A stretch of DNA of 64,000 nucleotides, taken from positions 848,780 through 912,779 of the forward strand of contig CAVPPB010000001.1 of NCBI GenBank assembly GCA_963707215.1. Direction: 5' to 3'. The stretch comes from an uncultured Chloroflexia bacterium (GTDB taxonomy: Bacteria > Chloroflexota > Limnocylindria > Limnocylindrales > CSP1-4). This document shows positions 1 through 9,061 of the stretch, piece by piece. Both the position numbers and the translations under genes were made by a program. The notes below the pieces were generated by a model. That model was given only the letters and a program-made list of their open reading frames with translations. It was not told the DNA's origin and did not search any database. Position 1 is the first letter of the stretch. Every line of letters starts with the position of its first letter.

Positions 1-855
1 CGAGTGGAAGACCGGCGTCCCGGGATAGGCCAGCTGGAGCAGGACGATCGCGCTGATGACCTCCGCGTCGCCGACGACCAGCGAGCCCGCCGACGTGGCC
101 GGAGAGGTCGTCCCCATCGTCGGCATGGCCAGGAACCCGACGGGGATGCCGGCCTCGGCGAAGACGAGCGACGCCTCGATGCCGGCCTCGTCCTGGACGA
201 GCGGGGCGATGGAGCAGATCAGGTCGGAGAAGACGGGGCGCTCGCGCAGCGCCTCGCGGCTGCCGGCGATGACGGTCGCCATCTCGACGGCGCGACGGGC
301 CTGCGTCTCGCCCATGACCATGCCCTGGAAGTGCTTGACCGTGTTGTTGAAGGCCGCGTCGATCTCGTGGAGCTGGGAGGTCCGGCCGTGGTCCTGGGCG
401 CTCACCGTCGGCCACATGAAGCCGATCGACGGCAGGTAGTCGGCGATCCGGGCGATCTGGGCGACGTCGGCCTTGGTCGAGGGGCGTTCCTTGCGGGTGT
501 CCCAGTCGATCGTCGCCACGCCGCACCCATCGGTCGTGAAGTAGCTGACCCCGTCCTGCAGGTGGAGGTCGTAGGCCGGGTCGCGGGCCGCCATCGTGAA
601 GTAGCGCGGCGCCGAGGCAAGGGCCCGGCGGACCAGGTCCCTGGGGAGGCGGACGACCTGGGACTCGCGGTCCACCTGGGCGCCGTGGTCGGCCAGGATG
701 GCCAGGGCCTTCTCCGACGGGAAGCGGACGCCGACCCGCTCGAGCACCTCCAGGGTGGCGTCCTGGAGACGGTCGAGCTGCTCGTCGGCGAGGAAGCGCA
801 CCCGGTAGTCCGAGCGGATGGGCTGCAGCGGCGGCCGGGCGACGGCGACGGTCAT
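1..855 (-). CDS. mttB: Trimethylamine methyltransferase (MttB superfamily), 3' end runs off window
   Basis: Not in the ORF track. Manual minus-strand translation from ATG at 855 gives MTVAVARPPLQPIR...LDRLQDATLEVLERVGVRFPSEKAL...TTDGCG...NNTVKHFQ...ICSIAPLVQD...MPTMGTTSPATSAGSLV, typical of MttB. GGAAGGAG RBS upstream. Confidence 0.85.
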   Translation of the reverse strand, partial: MTVAVARPPLQPIRSDYRVRFLADEQLDRLQDATLEVLERVGVRFPSEKALAILADHGAQVDRESQVVRLPRDLVRRALASAPRYFTMAARDPAYDLHLQDGVSYFTTDGCGVATIDWDTRKERPSTKADVAQIARIADYLPSIGFMWPTVSAQDHGRTSQLHEIDAAFNNTVKHFQGMVMGETQARRAVEMATVIAGSREALRERPVFSDLICSIAPLVQDEAGIEASLVFAEAGIPVGFLAMPTMGTTSPATSAGSLVVGDAEVISAIVLLQLAYPGTPVFHS

Positions 856-898
856 GGTCGGCTCCTTCCGATGTGGGGGCTCGCTGGCGTGGTCCGGG

Positions 899-1717
899 TC
901 ATGGGCGCTCCGTCTCCGGGGCCGGCGCGCCGCGGGACCGGCGGCGGGCGCTGACCCGGAGGGAGACGAGGATCGCGATCGCGGTCGTCACGACGATGAT
1001 CGTCGAGATCGCGTTGATCTCCGGCGTCACCCCGAAACGGATCCGTGAGTAGATGTAGAGCGGTAGCGTGGACGACCCGACGCCGGCGTTGAACGAGGTG
1101 ATGATCAGGTCGTCGAACGAGAGGGCGAACGAGATGAGGGCCCCGGCGGCCACGGCCGGGGCGATGAGCGGCAGGGTCACGTGGAGGAACGCCTGCCGGG
1201 CCGACGCCCCCAGGTCGCGGGCAGCCTCCTCCATCCTGGGATCGAGTGACACGGCCCGGGCCCGAACGATGATCGCCACGTACGAGATCGAGAAGGCGAT
1301 GTGGGCGATGGCGATCTGGAGCATCGAGCCGTTCGCCGAGAACAGCAGGGCGAAGAACAGCAGCAGGCTGATGCCCATGACCACCTCGGGGGTCACCATC
1401 GGCAGCAGGATCAGGGTGTCCGACGCGGTGGCGGCCCGGCCCGACCGGAGGCGCGCGAGGCCCAGCCCGAGCAGGGTCCCGATGGCTGTCGTCACGACGA
1501 CCGAGATGAAGGCGACCTGGAGCGACACGCCCAGGGCCGCCAGCAGCGCATCGTTGCCGAACAGCTCCGGGTACCACTTCAGGGTGAAGCCGCGCCAGAT
1601 GAAGTTCCGCTTGCTGTCGTTGAAGCTGAAGATGATCAGGACGACGATCGGGGCGAACAGGAACGCGTAGACAGCCAGGCCGTAGAGCGTGAGCCAGCGG
1701 TTCCGCTCGCGGCGCAT
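899..1717 (-). CDS. potC: Polyamine-type ABC transporter permease (PotC/PotI-like)
   Basis: Multiple TM helices; EAA loop EEAARDLGAS; FALSFDD...TLPLYIYS..RFGVTPEINA. Confidence 0.9.
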   Translation of the reverse strand: MRRERNRWLTLYGLAVYAFLFAPIVVLIIFSFNDSKRNFIWRGFTLKWYPELFGNDALLAALGVSLQVAFISVVVTTAIGTLLGLGLARLRSGRAATASDTLILLPMVTPEVVMGISLLLFFALLFSANGSMLQIAIAHIAFSISYVAIIVRARAVSLDPRMEEAARDLGASARQAFLHVTLPLIAPAVAAGALISFALSFDDLIITSFNAGVGSSTLPLYIYSRIRFGVTPEINAISTIIVVTTAIAILVSLRVSARRRSRGAPAPETERP

Positions 1718-2562
1718 CAGCCGATGACCTCGCGGCGCAGGATCCGCAGACCGCCGACGGTCGCCAGGATCGTCATGACGATGAGCAGGAAGCCCAGGGC
1801 GGCGCCGAACGGCCAGTCACGGGCCTGCAGGAAGAGCGTCTGGACCACCTTGGCGATCGTCGTGGTCTGGGCACCGCCCAGCAGGTCGGGCGTCACGAAA
1901 TCGCCCATGGCCGGGATGAACGTCAGCAGGGCCGCCGCGATGACCCCGGGCATGGTCAGCGGCAGGGTCACGTGCAGGAAGGCCGCCCGGCCGCTCGCGT
2001 AGAGGTCCCGGGCGGCCTGGGCCAGGGCCGGGTCCAGGCGATCGATCGAGACGTACAGGGGCAGGATGGCGAACGGCAGGAAGCCGTAGGTCATCCCCAT
2101 GATCACCGCCAGGTCCGTGTTCAGGAGCTGGACGGGCTCGGTGAAGCCGATGGCCCCGAGGATGCCGTTCACCACGCCGTTGTCACGGAGCAGGATCATC
2201 CAGGCGTAGGTCCGGATCACCCAGCTGGTCCAGAACGGCAGCATCACCAGGACCAGCAGCAGGGCCTTGCGGCGACCGCCGTAGCGGCTGATCCAGTAGG
2301 CGACCGGATAGGCGATGGCGATCGAGAAGACGGTCGTCGCCACCGCGTACTTGAACGAGTTGGCGACCGTCGGCAGGAAGCCGGGCTCCAGGGCCCGGAC
2401 GTAGTTGTGGAAGCCGAGGGGCGAGAAGAGGACCCCGCCGTACTGGTCGCGGGTGCCCAGGCTGACGACGAAGATGATCGCCAGGGGCACGGCGAAGAAG
2501 ATCAGCAGCCAGCCGAGCCCGGGGACGAGCAGGATCGCCTCCCGGGCTCGCTCGCGCTTCAT
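1717..2562 (-). CDS. potB: Polyamine-type ABC transporter permease (PotB/PotH-like)
   Basis: LPFWTSWVIRTYAW, YGFLPFAILPLY, AARDLYAS, RDWPFGAA motifs. Confidence 0.9.
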   Translation of the reverse strand: MKRERAREAILLVPGLGWLLIFFAVPLAIIFVVSLGTRDQYGGVLFSPLGFHNYVRALEPGFLPTVANSFKYAVATTVFSIAIAYPVAYWISRYGGRRKALLLVLVMLPFWTSWVIRTYAWMILLRDNGVVNGILGAIGFTEPVQLLNTDLAVIMGMTYGFLPFAILPLYVSIDRLDPALAQAARDLYASGRAAFLHVTLPLTMPGVIAAALLTFIPAMGDFVTPDLLGGAQTTTIAKVVQTLFLQARDWPFGAALGFLLIVMTILATVGGLRILRREVIG

Positions 2563-2592
2563 CGCGATCGCCGCGCGCTCTTGGCCCCTCGC

Positions 2593-3804
2593 TCAGGCGC
2601 CGGCGCGAAGCTTCGTGTAGCGCTCGCTGTACTTCACCTCGTCCTCGCCGAGGTCGAGGATCTCCTGGAGCTTCTCGACGGCCGACTGGTCGGGGTTCAC
2701 CGTCGGATCCTCGAGGATGGCCGGGTCGATGAACTCCTTGGCGGCCTCGTTCGGCCCCATGTAGCCGATGTAGTTCGTGTTCGCCGCGGCCACCTCGGCG
2801 TCGAGCATGTAGTTGATGAACAGGTTGGCTGCGATGGGGTGCTGCGCGTTGGCCAGCAGGACCATGGTGTCCGAGCCGCGGACGCCACCCTCCTCGGGGA
2901 TGTAGTAGACGACGGTGTCGCGCTCGACCTGGACCTGGTAGACGTCGGCGCCCCAGGCGTGCATCACCCAGACGTCGCCGGTCGAGAGCACCCCGATGTC
3001 GTCCGTGGTGTAGGTCCGCAGCAGCGGCTTCTGCTCCTCGAGCAGCGCGAGGGCCTCGTCGAGCTCGCCATCGTCGGTGGTGTTGATGTCGTAGCCGAGG
3101 CGGATGAGCGCCGCCGCGAAGACCTCGCGGACGTCGTCCAGCATCGCCATCTTGCCGGCCCAGCGCTCGTCCCAGAGGGCCGCCCAGGAGGTCAGCTCCT
3201 CGTCGATCTGGGCCGTGTCGTAGGCGACCCCGGTGGTCCACCACATGTAGGGCATGGAGTGCTCGTTGCCCGGGTCGTAGCCCGGATCCGCCCACTCGGC
3301 GCCCAGGTTGACGGCGTTCGGGATGAGGCTCAGGTCGAGCGGCTGGATCAGGCCCTGCTCGAGGAAGCCCTTGATGTAGGTCGAGGTCGGGAAGGTCACG
3401 TCGTAGCCGCTGTTGCCGCTGCTGATCTTGGCGGTCATCGTCTCGGCGCTGTCGAAGAAGTCGTAGGTGACCTTGACGCCGTACTCGTCCTCGAACCCGG
3501 CGATCGTCTCCTCACCGATGTAGTCGGCCCAGTTGTAGACGAACAGCTCGGCCTCGGGCTCCGGCGCGGAGCTCGGCGCGGTCGAGGCGCCCGCGCTGGG
3601 AGCGGCCTGGCTGGGCTCCGGCGTCGCGCCCGACGAGCAGGCGGCGAGGGCCGGGCCGATGGCGACCGTGGCCCCGGCGGCCGCCATGCCGCGGAGCACC
3701 GTCCGTCGGCTCATCCGGCGGGGCCCCGGCAGCAGCAGTCGTCGCTCCGGGACGATCAGCTGGCGCTGCCCGTCCGGGTCCTGGCTCGTCCTGCGGGTGG
3801 TCAT
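2593..3804 (-). CDS. potD: Polyamine-type ABC substrate-binding lipoprotein (PotD/PotF-like), Tat signal
   Basis: SRRTVLRG twin-Arg, LAAC lipobox, VYNWADYI, SGYDVTFP, PYMWWTTG, IPEEG; start ATG at 3804 with GGAGG RBS. Confidence 0.88.
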   Translation of the reverse strand: MTTRRTSQDPDGQRQLIVPERRLLLPGPRRMSRRTVLRGMAAAGATVAIGPALAACSSGATPEPSQAAPSAGASTAPSSAPEPEAELFVYNWADYIGEETIAGFEDEYGVKVTYDFFDSAETMTAKISSGNSGYDVTFPTSTYIKGFLEQGLIQPLDLSLIPNAVNLGAEWADPGYDPGNEHSMPYMWWTTGVAYDTAQIDEELTSWAALWDERWAGKMAMLDDVREVFAAALIRLGYDINTTDDGELDEALALLEEQKPLLRTYTTDDIGVLSTGDVWVMHAWGADVYQVQVERDTVVYYIPEEGGVRGSDTMVLLANAQHPIAANLFINYMLDAEVAAANTNYIGYMGPNEAAKEFIDPAILEDPTVNPDQSAVEKLQEILDLGEDEVKYSERYTKLRAGA

Positions 3805-4979
3805 GGTCCTGCCTCCTCCCGGCCCCGCGACCGCGCCAGGACGAGCGCGTTCGCCGGGCTCCAGCCGATCCGGACCCGATCGCCGGCCGACCATCGCGGC
3901 GCCGATCGGGGGACGACCACGCTGAGTGCGAGGCCGCCCTCGGTCCGGATCTGGTGACTCACCGACGTCCCGAGGTACGCCGATTGCCCGATACGACCGA
4001 GCAGCGCTGGAGCGCCTGTCGCTCCCTCGCTCCCGGTCCCGTCATCGCCATCGAGCTCGACGGCCTCCGGCCGGATCGAGACATCGACGGCATCGCCGAC
4101 CCGGACGCCGGTCGAGGCGGCCAGGCAGCGCTCGCCGCTCGACAGCCGGACGAGGACCGTCTCGCCGTCGACCGCTTCGACCGCTCCTTCGAGCAGGTTC
4201 GTCGTGCCGATGAAGTCGGCGACGAACCGGGTGGCGGGCCGGTCGTAGAGCTCCTCCGGCGCGCCGAGCTGCTCGACCCGACCGCGGTCCATGACGGCGA
4301 TCCGGTCGGACAGCGCGAGGGCCTCCTCCTGGTCATGGGTCACGTAGATGAACGTGATCCCGACCTCGAGCTGGACCCGCTTGAGCTCGACCTGGAGCTG
4401 GCGACGCAGCTTGAGGTCGAGCGCCCCGAGGGGCTCGTCGAGGAGCAGGACGGTCGGCTCGTTGACCAGCGCTCGCGCAAGGGCGACCCGCTGCTGCTGG
4501 CCGCCGGAGAGCTGATCGGGGCGCCGCTTGTCGAAACCGGGCAACCGGACGAGTTCGAGTGCCCGGCCCACCCGTCGCTTCACCTCCGGGTCGGGGACGC
4601 TCCGCCGGCGTAGCCCGAACGCCACGTTGTCGAAGACGCAGAGGTGGGGGAAGAGGGCGTAATTCTGGAAGACCATGTTGACCGGGCGGCGCTCCGGCGG
4701 CTCGGTCGTGATATCCGAGCCCCGCAGCTCGATCCTGCCGCCCGTCGGCAGCTCGAACCCGCCGATCATCCGGAGGGTCGTCGTCTTGCCGCAGCCCGAG
4801 GGACCCAGGAGCGAGAAGAACTCGCCGGACCCGATCTCGAGCGAGATCCCGTCCACCGCGATGACGTCACCGAACCGCTTCGTCAGCTCGACGAGGCGGA
4901 CCTCCGATCCGGGCGGATCGCTGGCCGGGGTGAGGGCTCCCGCCTCGACCCCTGGGACGCCGGGTGCCGCGGACGACAT
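3801..4979 (-). CDS. potA: Polyamine-type ABC ATP-binding protein (PotA-like)
   Basis: Walker A GPSGCGKT, LSGGQQQR signature, LLLDEPLGALD, C-terminal TOBE-like region. Confidence 0.92.
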   Translation of the reverse strand: MSSAAPGVPGVEAGALTPASDPPGSEVRLVELTKRFGDVIAVDGISLEIGSGEFFSLLGPSGCGKTTTLRMIGGFELPTGGRIELRGSDITTEPPERRPVNMVFQNYALFPHLCVFDNVAFGLRRRSVPDPEVKRRVGRALELVRLPGFDKRRPDQLSGGQQQRVALARALVNEPTVLLLDEPLGALDLKLRRQLQVELKRVQLEVGITFIYVTHDQEEALALSDRIAVMDRGRVEQLGAPEELYDRPATRFVADFIGTTNLLEGAVEAVDGETVLVRLSSGERCLAASTGVRVGDAVDVSIRPEAVELDGDDGTGSEGATGAPALLGRIGQSAYLGTSVSHQIRTEGGLALSVVVPRSAPRWSAGDRVRIGWSPANALVLARSRGREEAGP

Positions 4980-5198
4980 CGCCACCACGCATCCTCGTCT
5001 CGGCCGCGGGATGCGGGGGCACCCCACACGCGTCGCTGACTCTATCGACGCCCCATCCTCCGGGAGTCACCTGTCCCATGCTCCGGGCAGGCTGGCGCTC
5101 GTCGCATCACGGTCCACGGGCACACCGACCGGCGCAAGAGCCGCTCGGACGGGGCCGGATGGCCCATCTTGCGGCGCCCGCCGAGGATCGCTGATCGG

Positions 5199-6038
5199 TC
5201 AGATCGGGCGCGGCGCGTTCCAGGGGATCCGGCCCACGACTGGATCCGCGAGCGCCGGCGGCTGCTGCCGGACCGGCACCGGCTGGATGGACACGAACCG
5301 GCCGTCCCAGGCCATCGGCAGCGGGTCGTACCTCCATGGCGTGAAGAAGCGCCGGAGCTGGTCGAGCGTCAGCTGCGTGTTCGGCCGCATGTCGTAGCCG
5401 TTGCGGCTCTGGAGGCCCCAGAGCGGCCCGACGACCCGGACGCTGGTCACCGTGAAGTCATCCGTCGTCGCCGGGTCGGCGGTGGCCGAGAACCCGGTCA
5501 GGATCCAGGCGTGGCCGCCGTCCGCCACGGTCAGGCCGACCGGGAGCCCGGTGCGCCGGATCCGCTCGACCGCAAGGCGGATCGCCCCGTCGAACGTCGC
5601 GCTGACCGTGAGCCGGTAGCGCTCGTCGACGAAGCGGCGGAGCCCGGCCTCCCAGCCCTGGGGATCCACCCCGGCCGAGACCGGCAGGTCGTACCGGTTG
5701 CGGCCGCGCATCCACTCGAAGTAGCGGGCCTGGCCGGCTCGTCCATGGTCGACCTCGTCGTGGACGATGTTGCGGATGATCTGGACGTCGGCGGCGGTGC
5801 ACCAGAGCCAGGTCTGCTGGGTGCTGAAGACGCCGTCACGGTAGAGGTCGACCGAGCCGGTCCAGGCCGATGGCCCGGCGGCGAGCGCCACCCGCGGAGC
5901 GACGGCGGGGGCCGCTCCGATGACGAGCAGCACTGCCACGAGGAGCGCGGCCAGGTGCCGGGGCCCTGACCGCGGGCCGCCGGCTCGGACCACCGACAGG
6001 CGTCGAGCCCCGAACGTCGTCGCCGGCTGGGTCCTCAT
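5199..6038 (-). CDS. Secreted hypothetical protein, possible papain-like (C39-like) fold
   Basis: Signal peptide; Q..W.WC and GHAWILTGF resemble a Cys-His papain-type dyad. Confidence 0.55.
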   Translation of the reverse strand: MRTQPATTFGARRLSVVRAGGPRSGPRHLAALLVAVLLVIGAAPAVAPRVALAAGPSAWTGSVDLYRDGVFSTQQTWLWCTAADVQIIRNIVHDEVDHGRAGQARYFEWMRGRNRYDLPVSAGVDPQGWEAGLRRFVDERYRLTVSATFDGAIRLAVERIRRTGLPVGLTVADGGHAWILTGFSATADPATTDDFTVTSVRVVGPLWGLQSRNGYDMRPNTQLTLDQLRRFFTPWRYDPLPMAWDGRFVSIQPVPVRQQPPALADPVVGRIPWNAPRPI

Positions 6039-6054
6039 CGCCGATCCTCGGTGC

Positions 6055-6769
6055 TCAGGTCCGGTGGAGCGGGATCCGGGCCCCGGTCACCGTGCCAGCC
6101 GCCGGCGAGCAGAGGTAGAGGACGGCTGCGGCGATCTCGTCGGGGGTCGTCCAGCCCGCGGTCCTGGCGCTGGGCTCGCGATCGCGGACCCCGTCGGCGT
6201 CGATCGCCCGGACCCGCAGGACGTTGACCGTCACGCCGGTCGCAGCCGTCTCCCTGGCCAGGGCTGCCGATCATCGCTTCCTCAGCCGCCTTCCCGACGG
6301 TGTACGCGGCCGTTCGGGCCGGTGTCTCCGTTACGACCGGCGATGAGACCGCCACGATCCGGCCGAACCCGGCCTCGACCATCACCGGGACAACGGTCCG
6401 GGCCACGTTGACGGTCGTCCAGAGGTGCTGGTCGAGCATCGACCGGAACGCGTCGTCGGGGGTCTCGCTGGCCGGGACCCCGCCCGTCCAGCCCCCGACG
6501 AGGTGGGCCAGCACGTCGATCCGGCCGAACCGCTCCAGTACGGCGCCGACCGCATCACGCGCCTGGGCCGCGTCTCGAAGGTCCGCCCCGACCGCCAGCC
6601 AGCCGTCGCGATCCAGACCGAGCTCGTGGGCCACCGCCTCGACCCGCTCCAGCGTCGAGCCGATGAGCGCGACCCTTGCTCCCGCAGCGGCCAGGGCGGC
6701 GACGACCGCTCGCCCGGCAGGCCCGGCGGCGCCGGTCACCAGCGCCACCCGCTCGGAGAGATCGACCAT
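6055..6769 (-). CDS. Short-chain dehydrogenase/reductase (one frameshift near 6262)
   Basis: VALVTGAAGPAG, GRIDVL, YTVGK (YxxxK); C-terminus GVTVNVL...TPDEIAAAVLYL...VTGARIP continues in another frame. Confidence 0.82.
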
Positions 6770-6854
6770 GGGTCCGCTATCGAGGCCGGCGTTCACTGGG
6801 CACCTCCTGCCTGCATCCCCCCCAGTATCCGCCGGAGGCCCACAGCCGTCACCG

Positions 6855-7280
6855 TCAGCCGCGGGTCGGGATCCGGTACAGGAAGACGAGCAGGATCGCG
6901 GCCGTCGCGGCTAGTCCCAACCGCAGCACGAGCTGGTCCACGAGGACGATGGACACCCCGAAGGTCAGGGCGACGAGGACGAGCGCCCGGCCCTTGACGC
7001 CTGGCGGCAGCGACCGCGAGCGACGCCACTCGGCGATGATGGGGCCGAGCGCCGGCTGCCCCAGGAGCCATCCGTACAGGCGGGTCGAGGCGCGGGCATA
7101 GCAGGCCGCGGCCAGCAGCAGGAACGGGGTCGTCGGCAGGATCGGCAGCACGACCCCGGCGAGACCGAACCCGAGGGCGACCGTGCCGACGACCGCGCAG
7201 ACCGCCCGGACCGGCAGCGACGCGGCCGGGGGATGGGCCAGCTCGGGCGGTACTTCCTCGGGCTCCGGGGATCCCGTCAT
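6855..7280 (-). CDS. YbaN/DUF454 family membrane protein
   Basis: GVVLPILPTTPFLLLAAACYARAS signature. Confidence 0.88.
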   Translation of the reverse strand: MTGSPEPEEVPPELAHPPAASLPVRAVCAVVGTVALGFGLAGVVLPILPTTPFLLLAAACYARASTRLYGWLLGQPALGPIIAEWRRSRSLPPGVKGRALVLVALTFGVSIVLVDQLVLRLGLAATAAILLVFLYRIPTRG

Positions 7281-7492
7281 GGACGTAGGATGCCCGCCCC
7301 GGGTCAGCTCGCGCCACCCGAGCCCGCCGCACGAGCCCGGATGCGTCCGCATCGCCCGTATCTACCCTCTCTGTATCCATCGGCACCTTCGCACCGGCGC
7401 CTCAGCGGTCGAACCTCTACGAACCCGATGCGTGTTCGACCGAGCCGGCGGGCGGCCGATCGGGCGGAGCTACGGTGGACGGAGAAGGATCG

Positions 7493-7954
7493 ATGGCGAC
7501 CATCCCCGCGACCGACCAGGGCGGCGGCGTCCCCCGCCGACGGTTCCTGCGCTTCCTGCTCGGCTTCTCCGTGGTCTCGACCCTGGCCATGATCGCGGCC
7601 CCGGTCGTGGGCTTCCTCCTGCCCCCCAAGACCACCGGCGGTGGGGGCGGCGGCAAGATCCTGGTCGGGACGATCGCCGACATCCCGCTGGGCCAGGGCA
7701 AGGTCGTGCCCGTGGGCAGCAGCCCCGCGATCATCATCAACACGGACCAGGGGGTGAAGGGCTTCTCGGCCATCTGCACCCACCTGGGCTGCATCGTCGC
7801 CTGGGACCAGGGCGCCGCCAACATCGTCTGCCCCTGCCATGACGGCCGCTTCAACGCCACGTCGGGGGCCGTCGTCTCGGGTCCTCCGCCGTCCGGCCTG
7901 CCCCCGGTCGAGGTGTCGGTCGAGGGCGAAGAGATCTACGTCGTGAGCGCTTGA
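7493..7954 (+). CDS. qcrA: Rieske 2Fe-2S subunit of a Rieske/cytochrome b complex
   Basis: Tat motif RRRFL plus TM helix; CTHLGC and CPCHDGRF boxes; GPPP. Confidence 0.93.
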   Translation: MATIPATDQGGGVPRRRFLRFLLGFSVVSTLAMIAAPVVGFLLPPKTTGGGGGGKILVGTIADIPLGQGKVVPVGSSPAIIINTDQGVKGFSAICTHLGCIVAWDQGAANIVCPCHDGRFNATSGAVVSGPPPSGLPPVEVSVEGEEIYVVSA

Positions 7955-7956
7955 CG

Positions 7957-9048
7957 ATGGCCGTCGACAGCCCGCCCGTCACGACCGGCAAGCCGACCAC
8001 CGCGGGGCGCGTCGACGCGTGGCTCGAGGAGCGCCTGCGCTGGCATCAGCTCATGGACGTCCTCCTCCACGTCCGGGTCCCGCTGCAGGCCAAGACCTTC
8101 TTCTTCGGCGGGATCACGCTCTTCCTGTTCGGCGTGCAGGTGGCGACCGGGACCCTGCTGGCGCTCTACTACAAGCCCACCCCGGAGGCGGCCTACGACA
8201 GCGTCGTCTTCATCACCAGTGACGTGGACTTCGGCTGGCTCATCCGCAGCGTCCACCACTGGGCCGCCAACCTGATGATCCTGTTCCTGGTCCTCCACAT
8301 GATCAGGATCTTCTTCCAGGCCGCCTACAAGTACCCGCGCGAGCTGACCTGGCTCGTCGGCATGGGTCTGCTGGCCGTGACCATGGGCTTCGGCTTCACC
8401 GGCTATCTGCTGCCGTGGGACCAGCGGGCCTACTGGGCGACGGTCGTCGGCACCGAGATCGCCGGAGGCATCCCGTTCATGGGTGACTTCCTGCTGGAGC
8501 TCCTCCGTGGCGGCGCCGACGTCTCCGAGGCGACCCTCAGCCGGTTCTTCGGCATCCACGTCCTGGTCCTGCCGCTGATGCTGGGAGCGATCGTCGCCAT
8601 CCACCTGGTCTTCGTCCACCAGCAGGGCCTGGCCAACCCCAAGGAAGCCGATCCGCGGCCACCGGCCGTGCCGACCGGCCCGACCAAGCCCTTCTTCCCT
8701 CACTACATCCTCGAGGAGGTCATCGCCTGGCTGTTCCTCCTGGCGATCCTCGTCGTGATGGCCTCGATCTGGCCGGCCGGCCTGGAGGAGGAGGCGAACC
8801 CCCTGGTGACCCCCGAGCACACCAAGCCGGAGTGGTACTTCCTGGGGGTCTACGAGCTCCTCAAGCACATCCCCTGGAAGGTCGTCGGGATCCTCACTCC
8901 CATCGTCTTCCTTGCGATCATCGGGCTGCTGCCCTTCCTCGACCGGAACCCGGCCGTCCAGGCCCGCAAGCGACCGGTCGCCATCGCCCTCGGGATCGTC
9001 ACGATCGCCGTCCTCATCGGCCTGACGATCTGGGGCTACCTGAGCTGA
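7957..9048 (+). CDS. qcrB: Cytochrome b (fused b6 + subunit IV type)
   Basis: GWLIRSVHHW..LH, GYLLPWDQ, RFFGIH...IH heme ligands, PEWY motif. Confidence 0.95.
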   Translation: MAVDSPPVTTGKPTTAGRVDAWLEERLRWHQLMDVLLHVRVPLQAKTFFFGGITLFLFGVQVATGTLLALYYKPTPEAAYDSVVFITSDVDFGWLIRSVHHWAANLMILFLVLHMIRIFFQAAYKYPRELTWLVGMGLLAVTMGFGFTGYLLPWDQRAYWATVVGTEIAGGIPFMGDFLLELLRGGADVSEATLSRFFGIHVLVLPLMLGAIVAIHLVFVHQQGLANPKEADPRPPAVPTGPTKPFFPHYILEEVIAWLFLLAILVVMASIWPAGLEEEANPLVTPEHTKPEWYFLGVYELLKHIPWKVVGILTPIVFLAIIGLLPFLDRNPAVQARKRPVAIALGIVTIAVLIGLTIWGYLS

Positions 9049-9061
9049 GGTCCTGAAGACG

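Noticed and set aside
4-954. Plus-strand 316-aa ORF and the many other long antisense or alternate-frame ORFs (e.g. 1972-3957, 9989-12808, 27312-29738, 33554-37102)
   Set aside because: Shadow ORFs of high-GC genes: Arg/Gly/Pro-rich, no motifs, and overlapping well-supported genes.
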